Notes under the pieces: generated by a model | Database searches by the model: none | Told to the model about the DNA's origin: nothing | What the model saw: the letters and a program-made list of their open reading frames with translations, nothing else | Source: Macrostomum lignano | Lineage: Eukaryota | Direction: 5' to 3' | Length of the DNA: 64,000 nt | Assembly: GCA_002269645.1 (NCBI GenBank) | Contig: NIVC01002351.1 | Location: 62,001-126,000, forward strand | Program-made: the position numbers and the translations under genes | Part shown: positions 49,628 through 60,095 of the stretch, one piece after another | Position numbering within the stretch: the stretch's first letter is position 1 | Layout of the letters: each line of letters opens with the position of its first letter

Positions 49628-52008
49628 GTCTCGGTTTTGATCTGTTGACTCCCCCCGTGTTTTGTTATTACAATCTTGTGCATCACTGACTATCTGCCAC
49701 TGAAATGTATTTATACTCTACGTTTTGACTTAAATTAAATAAATTCCAATCTGCCCGATGATGCCTAAAGTTAGGCGAAACATGTCGTTCTAATGAAAAT
49801 GCTCGCAATCTCCTTTCTTTTACTTCTCATTATCAAGCGTGCTGTTCTACCAGAGTTCTACTTTCAAGTGAGCCAACGCTATGACGTGACAGTCCAAAGC
49901 CTGCGGAAATTGGAAAGAACTGCTATCTGTGTACATTCTTTCTTATAAGAGTCTGGCGCACGAATACTAGACACTTGGCTACGATCTGCCTCAAAAAAGT
50001 CAGACGAGACAGCAAACTAGAAGGGCAAACAAGTGGGAGCAAAACTTACTTCCGTATCGAGAACGCTCAGGACTTAGTCCCTCGTACAATGCTCCTTACG
50101 GATCAAGGTTAATGAAGCATTCTTATCGACAACATGTAGAAACAGTATATGCCTTATTACACAGCTAGAATTCTGCAATTCAATTCTGAGTAGCTAGAGC
50201 CAAGAAAAATTGATGCGTGTAAATCCTTGGCCGTCTGCAAAACAGCGATACACGCTACAGTGGCTCACAATATATTTATGTGGCTTCCTGTGTCCAGAGG
50301 CTCTTCAATGACAGATTTGCGTTCTTAAACTCCAACAGTGACCCGATGTCCTATACTTTATATTCCTACTTTATATTGTCTTGTCCATTTATATTCTCCA
50401 GTTTGCATCCCATGCTCTCACTATTTCCTCATCCTTCTCACCCTTTCCCCATCCTCTCACTGTTTCCCCATTCTTCTTCACCGTTTCCCACACTCCCACA
50501 ATTTTCTCATACTCTCACAATTTTCCCATCCTCTCACCGTTTTCCAATTCTTTCTTCACCGTTTCCCACACTCCCACCATTTTCCCATCCTCTCACCGTT
50601 TTTCCATCCTCTCACCGTTCTTCATCCTCTCACCGTTCATCATCCTCTCACCGTTCTTCATCCTCTCACCGTTCCTCATCCTCTCACCGTTCTTCATCCT
50701 CTCACCGTTCCTCATCCTCTCACCGTTCTTCATCCTCTCACCGTTCCTCATCCTCTCACCGTTCTTCATCCTCTCACCGTTCCTCATCCTCTCACCGTTC
50801 TTCATCCTCTCACCGTTCCTCATCCTCTCACCGTTCCTCATCCTCTCACCGTTCTTCATCCTCTCACCGTTCCTCATCCTCTCACCGTTCTTCATCCTCT
50901 CACCGTTCCTCATCCTCTCACCGTTCTTCATCCTCTCACCGTTCTTCATCCTCTCACCGTTCCTCATCCTTTCACCGTTCTTCATCCTCTCACCGTTCCT
51001 CATCCTCTCACTGTTTCCCCGTTCTCCCACCGCCTTCCCTATCTTCTCACCGTCCTCCCAAACGTCCCACCGTCTGACACCCACCCACAACTTAATCTTC
51101 ATCCAAACCACTCTACCCGATCCAGCCTCCCCTCCCCGCAGATCCTATTGAACTCCTACCTGGTATATCTCCAGGCTGACGCTCTCTAGCTCGGTGCCGC
51201 TGGTGTTGGCGATCTCGCCGGTGACGCGCACCTGCTCGCCGGGCACGAAGCCCCTCTTCGGTAGTTGGACTCTCACGAGCAGCTTACCAAAGCAGCAGTT
51301 GAAACAGTAGCAGCAGTTCACATCGAACTCGTTCTCAGTGGAAAACGGCCCGATTGCGTCCATTGGCCTCGTGTTCAAATCGAAGTCGCGAATCACCGTG
51401 TAGAATGCCTGGGTGTAGTTGTCGAACTTCCACGGCCGATCGATGCTGGCCTTGACGTAGTACCGAATCCGACCGACGTCGCCTTCGAATGAGTTGGGCG
51501 CGGTTGGCGGGATCTGGAAAGTCAGCGGGTAGTAGTACTCTCCCGCAGGGTGGTGCTCGCGTTCGGGCCCGTGCCGCTAGGAGCTGCGGGTGGCGGATGG
51601 CGTTGAGCAGGTAACACACCTGGGTCTAACTAGTGAACACATTCAGATCTACACACCGAATCTAAAAGGTGGCACCGATATCTAGAAGTAAATTAATCCC
51701 TATAGCAGAACTTGATCAGAGAGTAATATAACTCACTAAACACCGGAACTTTCTGTTCAATGTAGATTTCCTCAGATGAGTAGTGTTTGGTGTAGGAGCT
51801 CTTCCCGGATTGCTTGCGTTCAGTCCAGTGGACGTAACTGTTGCCGAATAGTTTAACGTAAATTGCTGGAATGATACAGGCATACGAGTATTTAAGGCCA
51901 AGAAACTGACTGACTGACTGACTGACTGACTGACTGACTGACTGACTGACTGACTGACTGACTGACTGACTGACTGACTGACTGACTGACTGACTGACTG
52001 GAGTGAGT

Positions 52009-52041
<33 letters not shown>

Positions 52042-52049
52042 GAGTGAGT

Positions 52050-52082
<33 letters not shown>

Positions 52083-52102
52083 GAGTGAGTGACTGACTGA
52101 CT

Positions 52103-52135
<33 letters not shown>

Positions 52136-52545
52136 GAGTGAGTGAGTGAGTGACTGACTGACTGGAGTGAGTGAGTGAGTGAGTGAGTGACTGACTGTCT
52201 GACTGAATGACTGACTGACTGACTAACTGACTGACTGACTGACTGACTGACTGACTGACTGACTGACTGACTGACTGACTGACTGACTGACTGACTGACT
52301 GACTGACTGACTGACTGACTGACTGACTGACTGACTGACTGACTGACTGACTGACTGACTGACTGACTGACTGACTGACTGACTGACTGACTGACTGACT
52401 GACAAAACCCACACCTACCTCGGCACTTGACGGGTTCCCGCAGCACCAGATGCACCCTGAGCGCAACTGTCTGCCCGGAGCGGTACACGGCTCGAGGATT
52501 TTCGGAGGCATCGTCGAACAAAATTTCCAGCGTTTGAACTTTCAT
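45408..52545 (-). CDS. alpha-arrestin (ARRDC-like) protein B, about 390 aa, 6 exons; 1-nt frameshift in exon 3 in this sequence
   Basis: Exons 52545-52419, 51865-51737, 51583-51160, 49238-49059, 46687-46519 and 45550-45408. Same intron positions and phases as arrestin A. Motifs VHWTE, PNSFEGDVGRIRYYVKASIDRPW, KRGFVPGE, CNNIEMFYYFR, PPTY. Exon 3 is 424 bp versus 425 bp in A. Confidence 0.88.
45698..46003 (-). mobile_element. unclassified interspersed repeat, copy B (intron 5 of arrestin B)
   Basis: Inverted copy of 36361-36624 with about 40 bp extra. Confidence 0.7.
46784..48939. repeat. 43/45-bp minisatellite (CACACTCCCCATTGCAGTTTATAGTGCTTGTCCAGCCGATAAA)n in intron 4 of arrestin B
   Basis: Direct reading; units differ mainly by one CA and a few substitutions. 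Confidence 0.97.
49262..49870 (+). mobile_element. 3' fragment of a Penelope-like retroelement (GIY-YIG endonuclease, 3'UTR and pLTR)
   Basis: IY...TYLGKSKRHLYVRGREH..KPSAVQDHLMAC..C...FTII...LKIIEAMYIKNWQPTLNKQ, stop at 49548-49550; followed by (CT)n, AATAAA and a hammerhead-like core. Confidence 0.88.
49754..49788 (+). ncRNA. degenerate minimal hammerhead ribozyme in the Penelope pLTR
   Basis: CCGATGA-T-GCCTA(AAGT)TAGGC-GAAA-CATGTC. The core has U4->C, stem III contains the palindrome ACATGT, and stem I is poor. Confidence 0.55.
50440..51050. repeat. 18-bp minisatellite (CATCCTCTCACCGTTCTT)n in intron 3 of arrestin B
   Basis: Direct reading; 6-aa periodicity of the artefact ORFs. Confidence 0.95.
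51905..52403. repeat. (CTGA)n microsatellite with GAGT variants, intron 1 of arrestin B
   Basis: Direct reading. Confidence 0.97.
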
Positions 52546-52683
52546 GGCGGAAAAAATCTGTAAGGGGCGAGTTTCGGTGAAGAATTCTGAGCTGGCTGGG
52601 TTGGAAACCTGCGATGTGGAATGAATGTCTCAAGTGTAAAAAGAGAGACTCCCTGGTGACAGATAGTAAAAATCTCACAATAG

Positions 52684-53280
52684 AGACACACTGAGAATCT
52701 TACCGTAGAGACACTGTGAATCTTACCGTAGAGACACTGAGAATCTTACCATTGAGACACTGAGAATCTCACCATTGAGACACTGAGAATCTCACCAAAG
52801 AGACACTGAGAATCTCACCAAACAGACACTGAGAATCTCACCAAAGAGACACTGAGAATCTCACCAAAGAGACACTGAGAATCTCACCATAGAGACACTG
52901 AGAATCTCACCAAAGAGACACTGGGAATCTCACCATTGAGACAAAGAGAATCTCATCATTGAGACAAAGAGAATCTCATCATTGAGACAAAGAGAATCTC
53001 ATCATTGAGACACTGAGAATCTCACCAAAGAGACACTGAGAATCTCACCAAAGAGACACTGAGAATCTCACCAAAGAGACACTGAGAATCTCACCATAGA
53101 GACACTGAGAATCTCACCAAAGAGACACTGAGAATCTCACCAAAGAGACACTGAGAATCTCACCAAAGAGACACTGAGAATCTCACCATAGAGACACTGA
53201 GAATCTCACCAAAGAGACACTGAGAATCCCACCAAAGAGACACTGAGAATCTCACCAAAGGGACACTGAGAATCTCACAT
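52684..53280. repeat. 23-bp minisatellite (GAGACACTGAGAATCTCACCAAA)n just upstream of arrestin B
   Basis: Period of 23; each unit holds TGAGA-A-TCTCA. Confidence 0.96.
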
Positions 53281-54194
53281 CTCATGCAAACGAGAAAGAC
53301 AAATTTGCTCACCTAAATTAATTAATTCTGCCGCATTAGAAAAGTTCGTCTCAGTAATTAATGAGTAGTGCAAGTTTGATCTCTCGCTGGCTAATAAAGA
53401 TTTCTGTTTAATCAATTCGTCCCTAACTGTAGGTTTTTGAGCAAACAACCGGACAGAAGGTTGGGGTAAATACAATCGTTTTCTACCCCCTCCCCCCCAC
53501 CTCAGTTCGGACACAGCCACATTGCAATGAGAGAAGAAGGGCGATTGGGCAGGATTATACAAGCGTTGTATGCCGTACGGTTTTATGCCAAGATCAGTGA
53601 GCGTGGAAATGAGAATTTAAATGCAGGAAAACGACTGAGAAACACTTCTCAAATGGGGCGTTTTACACCCTAAGGAATGTACTTTTACTTTGTCTGTACT
53701 CCATGGGATTTCTTCATAAAAATTAGGCTTAACTAAGACTACGAAGATAAAGGTTGTCTGTATCTACACCTATGATTAGATGGATTGCTAATCTACGCCT
53801 ATATGATTAGATGGATTGCTAATCTACACCTATGATTAGATGGATTGCTAATCTGCACCTATGATTAGATGGATTGCTAATCTGCACCTATATGATTAAA
53901 TGGGTTGCTAATCTACACCTTTGATTAGAATGGATTGCTAATCTACACCTATATGATTAGATGATTAGATGGATTTCTAATCTACGCCTATATGATTAGA
54001 TGATTAGATGGATTGCTAATCTACGCCTATATGATTAGATGGGTTGCTAATCTACACCTTTGATTAGAATGGATTGCTAATCTGCACCTATATGATTAGA
54101 TGGATTGCTAATCTACACCTATGATGAGATAGATTGCTAATCTACACCTTTGATTAGATGTCAGGTAAAGTGGCTCGCTTGATGAAGAGTAGAT

Positions 54195-54362
54195 AAATAA
54201 AGGTAAATATCAACATGAAGTATTATTTGAGTTGCCGATGCATTTCGTCCATTTGCATTAGGACATGACGATTAGGAAAAGACCCTGACGATGTCCTAAT
54301 GCAAATGGACGAAATGCATCGGCAACTCAAATAATACTTCATGTTGATATTTACCTTTATTT
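54195..54362. mobile_element. perfect 72-bp inverted repeat, probably an inverted Penelope pLTR remnant
   Basis: 54195-54266 is the exact reverse complement of 54291-54362, with a 24-nt spacer. Confidence 0.75.
54283..54322 (+). ncRNA. minimal type I hammerhead ribozyme core
   Basis: CC-CTGACGA-T-GTCC(TAATGCAAAT)GGAC-GAAA-TGCA-TC|GG. Intact CUGANGA and GAAA boxes, 4-bp stem II, palindromic ATGCAT stem III, AUC cleavage triplet. Stem I is only 2 bp. Confidence 0.7.
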
Positions 54363-55142
54363 GATTAGATGGATTGCTAATCTACACCTATGATTAGAAC
54401 GGATTGCTAATCTACACCTATGATGAGATAGATTGCTAATCTACACCTTTGATTAGATGGATTGCTAATCTACACCTATGATTAGAACGGATTGCTAATC
54501 TACACCTATGATGAGATAGATTGCTAATCTACACCTTTGATTAGATGGATTGCTAATCTACACCTATGATTAGAACGGATCGCTAATCTACACCACGAAC
54601 AAATACATGTATACTGGATTATAGATACATTACTAAAGTTGCCATAACTACCAAGATAAGTAAATGAGACTTACCACACAAAATGATAAAACACTGACAG
54701 GCCTTCGCCAATAACTGGCAGAAATTTTTTAAAGCTCGCCCAGAGATACCGCTGCTCGAGTTCGCCGCACTTTTTAAGCAATCTCGCAACCAATGCTGTC
54801 CAATGGCGTGGGAAGCCCAGAGGTCGATAAGAAGGTATAGAGAGTGACTGTGAACGTACGGCTTGCCTCACAGCTCAACCTGATAAGAAATGCTTGTTGC
54901 TATTTTTGGTTAATCTTTAAAAAAAGCAGTTTAGCCCAAATAGACTTAAGCTGCGATGCGATACCCTCCTGAGCATGACTTTTGCAGTCATATTATTTTG
55001 AGAAAATGCATTCATAAGAATTGTACTTTAACTCCTTGCCTTTGCTGTACCAATTATAAATTCATGCATACGAGTCATTGCGCCTGTCTTGGATCATGCT
55101 CACTCAACTTATAGTTGTACAGGGGTTACAAAATAAATCAAT

Positions 55143-55527
55143 AGTGACAAAACTGAAATCAAGAGTGACAAAACTGACATCAAGAGTGACAAAATGACAT
55201 CAAGAGTGACAAAACTGGCATCAAGAGTGACAAAACTGACATCAAGAGAAACAAAAATGCCATCAAGAGTGACAAAACTGACATCAAGAGTGACAAAATG
55301 ACATCAAGAGTGACAAAACTGACATCAAGAGTGACAAAATGACATCAAGAGTGACAAAACTGGCATCAAGAGTGACAAAACTGACATCAAGAGTGACAAA
55401 ATGACATCAAGAGTGACAAAATGCCATCAAGAGTGACAAAACTGACATCAAGAGTGACAAAATGACATCAAGAGTGACAAAATGACATCAAGAGTGACAA
55501 AACTGGCATCAAGAGTGACAAAACTGT
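55143..55527. repeat. 20/21-bp minisatellite (CAAAACTGACATCAAGAGTGA)n
   Basis: Direct reading; two stray units also at about 55930-55975. Confidence 0.95.
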
Positions 55528-56219
55528 AACAGGTCGTTTATCGGTAGTCTCTGAAGGCCTCTCATGCCAACCACCTTACACGCCTGCTACCCCTCTGCCA
55601 CGACAGGCAGAAACTTCGAAGAACTCAGACAAGTCCTTTTCTTAGGTTTGAGCTCAAACTTTACTGAACTCGGCGGTGGAAAACCTCGGCTCTTCGAATT
55701 GCATTGTATTTATAATGCTCGGCATTGTGCTCGGGGGCAGTGTTGGGGTGGTGGCGTGATATTTTTCCGCCCCACCCATCTTATTTGCTTTTTTGCATAG
55801 CTAGCTAGTTAGATACACAGAGAGAGCACGCATGGTCTGCTTGGCTGTTTTAGTGCAGGCAAATGGGTGGGTCTAACATTAAATATCTATGATAAGTTTG
55901 TAATAGCATGTCAGCGTTTTGAATGCTGATAAAAACTGACATCAAGAGTGACAAAACTGACATCAATGTGACAAAACAAATATTTGATCAATGTAACTTT
56001 ATTTGATGACAATCTGGCATGACAAGTGTGCATCTAGTGCTTCTTTGATAAATGAGAAGTTTACTACTATGAGTGGCCACAGGATGCTGCTACTCAGAAA
56101 AAATTCTGCAATGACACAAATCGTTAGATTGCGAAAAGGAGCAATAATTTTTTGTGAAAATTATAATTTACTTTTTTTCACTATTATATTGCACAATTTA
56201 AGATACTAATAAAAAAGCA

Positions 56220-56620
56220 CTCTACCAACCACCCCACTCCGCTAACCACCCCACTCCGCCAAACACCCCACTCCCCCAAACACCCCACTCTGCCAAACAC
56301 CTCACTCCGCCAAACACCCCACTCCGCCAAACACCCCACTCTGCCAAACACCCCACTCCGCCAAACACCCCACTCTGCCAAACACCCCACTCCGCCAAAC
56401 ACCCCACTCTGCCAAACACCCCACTCTGCCAAACACCCCACTCCGCCAAACACCCCACTCCCCCAAACACCCCACTCTGCCAAACACCTCACTCTGCCAA
56501 ACACCTCACTCCGTCAAACACCCCACTCCGTCAAACACCCCATACTCTGCCAAACACCTCACTCCGTCAAACACCCCACTCCGCCAAACACCCCACTCCG
56601 CCAAACACCCCACTCCGCCA
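56220..56620. repeat. 17-bp minisatellite (CCCCACTCCGCCAAACA)n
   Basis: Direct reading. Confidence 0.95.
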
Positions 56621-56729
56621 GCCTTACTTTACTCTAACGAAACAAGTAAAGTAAAACAACTAAAATCACATAACTCCAAGACCAAAGAGCCTTTAGAGTC
56701 TGCGAGCTGCACCACCACCTGCTGCTCAA

Positions 56730-56890
56730 CTGCGTCGGCTTGAAAGCAATCGAGTCAAAGTCAGTCTTGCTGGTGTTGATGAGGCTGTCTCGAAGGTCGA
56801 TCGCTTCGCCGGGCACCAAGCCTCGTTTTTCCAGGTGCAGGCGCACCTGAATCCTGCCTGAATCCTGAAGTACAGCTGGAATTGCCCAAA
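56730..56890 (-). pseudogene. fragment of a third alpha-arrestin (end of exon 3)
   Basis: IQVRLHLEKRGLVPGEAIDLRDSLINTSKTDFDSIAFKPTQ aligns with QVRVSIDLDKKGFVPGESVRVGGELVNTSSVDLDSVSLELYQ. There is an 11-bp tandem duplication (56846-56867) and no GT donor after the final CAG. Confidence 0.72.
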
Positions 56891-58849
56891 TTTCAAATGG
56901 AAACGAGAATTAACGCTCCAACCCAACCCTGAGAAGAGATAAAGGATTAGATCGATGCATACTGTACAAACGCGATCATGCGTACATTTTCAAGGCCAAG
57001 TGGTGAACACTGTTACGCCTGTCCTTCTTATGGCTACGCGGTCAAGGAGTACTGTACGGGTACATGGATATTTGCGTGCACTTTTTCAAGGGGTGAACGA
57101 GTGCCAGCAGGGGTTGACGTTTGTACATGTATCAAAAGAATGCAGACGAAGTATACACAAATTGAACTCAATTGCACTTTTTCAGCACTCGCATTGTTAT
57201 GCTCTACATCTTTATGACTCCTTTACTTGTACTTTACTGTACATGTAGGCTAGTATAGAAAGCACTGACTGAGTAGTCTATGCGCTGGATGAGGAGTGCT
57301 CTTACAAGTGTTGTGGCCTGCGCCACAATGACCTTCTCATCAACTTGTTTTTTTTGGTGCATGCGAACCGCCCGGTCTGCCGGCCTAGCTGGTTTGAGTT
57401 GGTTCAGCCGGCTTTGGTTTTAGGCAGCCGGCGTGTGCTCATTGGCTGGCTGGGCCGGCAGACCCTCGCTTTTCTACCCCCCCCCCTCGTTCGTAAAGCC
57501 TTACCCAGCGCGTGTTTTGATTGGCTGGGCTAGGGTGGGGTGCTCGCAAGGTTCTGTTTTGTGTGTTTTTGCGCTCAGGCCGGTTTGGCCCACTCCCCCA
57601 TTTTTTCTGCATACTATTTATTAGCTGGCTTGGAGCCGGCCGGTGGCACGCTGCTTGGTTTTTCCGGTTAGAGCTACACCAGCAACTGAGTAAGAAAACT
57701 ATATCATAAAAGAACAAAACTGCACGAGCCCAGTAAACTATCGGAACACTTCGTAGCAAGCTAATCCGTGCCACCCGCCGTCTTCGAGCTGCCAGAACAG
57801 TTACTACGGCCAAATAAACTGCGTTGCATGAGTCGGTTTGACCCCGCCCGGTGAGCTTAAATTACGTTTATTCGGGTTGCGTTCGCGTTCTTTTGGGGCT
57901 CTCTGCACGTGTCTTCCCTCCATCCTCGCCGCCTCATCGCTTCACCTACTCACCCCCTTGCTCACCTGCACTCTTCGATTGGCTTGGAGTGTCTGTACGC
58001 CCCAGCTAATCCATCACCTCGTATCTCTTGATTGGTCCGGAGTGTCTGTACGCCCCGGCCAATCCTTCACATTCACCTCGTTTCACATTCACCTCGGTGA
58101 CTCCCGGGCCGGCTCTGAGTGGCTATCCGCTCCGCTGACCGCGGCAGTACCCCGAGCCTTCCGTGACCGAGGAGTGCCTGTGCGCCCCGGGTCACATCTC
58201 TCCCTCTTCCCCTCGGAGTGGCCATCCGCCTCGAGGAGCGCCAGTCGTTCGCCTTCTGTCCATCCCTCCGCCGCGCGCCCGGGGCAGTCCCGCACCGAAC
58301 CCGCTACCCGGGGAAAACAAAACGACCGGGCTAGACGAGATCGCAGCCCGCGAGTACAACACAAGTTTAGCTACATGTACAGTAACTTCCTCAGCAGAAT
58401 CTTGCATATTGTTTTCTAGAACAATTATTGGAAGTACAATGTACATGTACATGTACCGGTATTTCATCAAATTTTAATTTTAATACATTTATTTTATTTT
58501 TAAACAATAGCTAAGCCTTAATTTAAGCAAGTTTAAGTGTGAAACGAAACGGTCTATGAAACGTTCAAACGGTAAATAAACATTAAATAAAACGAAGCAA
58601 AAGATGAAAAGAGAAGTAGACTCTATTAAAGCCTTCCTTCCCCATATAGCGCTGGATCTTTTAAGATGCAATTTTAATTCCTAAAGGCGCAAACTGCCTT
58701 TTCTCCTATCGCGAACTTGACTTCAACAAAAATGCCTACATTTCTCTTGGCATGTAAGCTGCAGGACAGAAAAAATCTAATTTTCAGCTTTTTAAATCAC
58801 AAATTTCAGAGCCATGCGTACAGCTATAGCTATTTAAATCTAGGGGGTA

Positions 58850-59095
58850 GATGAGGGGGTGGAGAGGGGAGAGAGGAGAGAAGTGAGAGGAGAGGGAAGA
58901 GGAGAGGGGAGGGGAGAGGAAAGAGAGTAGAGAGGAGAGAAGAGGAAGGAGAGAGGAGAGGAGAGGGGACAGAAGGAAGAAGAGAGAGAAAGCTGAAAAG
59001 AGACACAAACCTTGAGCGGGTCGGATTGCTATTTTAAAGTTTCAAATTATACGAGGGCCGGATGGAGAGGCTTTGCCGGATTTTGCCGACCCCTG
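58850..59095. mobile_element. second, partial copy of the hAT-like purine-core MITE
   Basis: ACAAACCTTGAGC..GATTGCTATT..AAGTTT..AAT...GAGAGGCT...GACCCCTG parallels 42324-42419. Confidence 0.55.
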
Positions 59096-59332
59096 CCTGT
59101 TACATCAACTTTAACTTCCGGACATGAAAGTGTGGTATGGAGTTTCAGCAACTCTACACTTAATTATAGTTATTCCCCGCCGTGCTAACGATTAAAGGCT
59201 CGTGAAGCATGTCCGTGTTAATCCGGACATTGTTGCAAGGTTGGTGACAGATCATAGCATATACAATGCATGATGCAACGCACAAGTTCTAGTCAGGCTA
59301 TGTTGCTAGCTACCATTTCAAGCTGACGAGAG

Positions 59333-59641
59333 CGTTGGGAGCGTCGAGAGCGTCGGGTCGGTACGATTGGGCCAAGCTGCAGTGCCCGTCCACTATCCGC
59401 TGCGCCCAGCGGCGACTTCAACTGGATTCGAGATTCGAGATTCGTGGACGAGATTCGAGCCGAGGGCTACTGCCCCCTGTTCAGGAGGTCCTCCTGCTCA
59501 CCTTGCAGGGCCCGTTCAGGCAGGGTCAAGTTCAAACCCGTCGATACGTGCATGGACTGCCTGCTGTGCGACGCTGGGGCGCCCGAGACTGCCAGCGGGG
59601 CGGAGCGGACCTATCGCTCTGTCGTCAGCTTTCTACTCTAA
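59333..59641 (+). pseudogene. Cys-rich terminal exon-like segment, frameshifted by a 7-bp duplication
   Basis: GC3-rich codons after an acceptor-like TTTCAAG. Removing one GATTCGA unit gives YDWAKLQCPSTIRC...DSRFVDEIRAEGYCPLF..CSPC....TCMDCLLC...VVSFLL*. Confidence 0.4.
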
Positions 59642-60095
59642 TTCGGATAGTGTTAGCAGTAGGGTTAGGTCGGAATTACTTTTTAATAATTATGGGGAGT
59701 ATATTGCTGCAAAATCGTTTACTGCTGCCCGCACAACGAGAACTTCACTCAGCTGATTTTCGGCATCAACATGATGTGTGCGTCAGGGCATGACCTGCAT
59801 AACCACCCACATTGTCTGCCGCGAGTTTTCAACTATCTTGCCATGAATTTTGTAAAAGAGCTGACTTTTTTACCGGAGTCGGCTTCAGAAACAACAGGCG
59901 CCAGATCGCGAAGCTTCACATTTCATCACTGCGTTCAAGCAGGAATGAGCTACATGTAGCTTCCAATTAATTGCTTGCAAAATATTTCACGGTTCATCAA
60001 TTTATCATTTTTAATCCAGTTTTATCATAATATGAATTTTTTTAAATTTCTCGTCGATAACTTTAACCTTCTATATGCAGTTTGTAGTGACTGGC

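Larger units (their letters stand above)
53762..54594. repeat. 29-31-bp minisatellite (ATGATTAGATGGATTGCTAATCTACACCT)n interrupted at about 54161-54362
   Basis: Direct reading; each unit holds GATTAG-N8-CTAATC. Confidence 0.94.

Noticed and set aside
57439-57813. Basic minus-strand ORF, initially suspected to be histone-like
   Set aside because: No histone motifs on translation.
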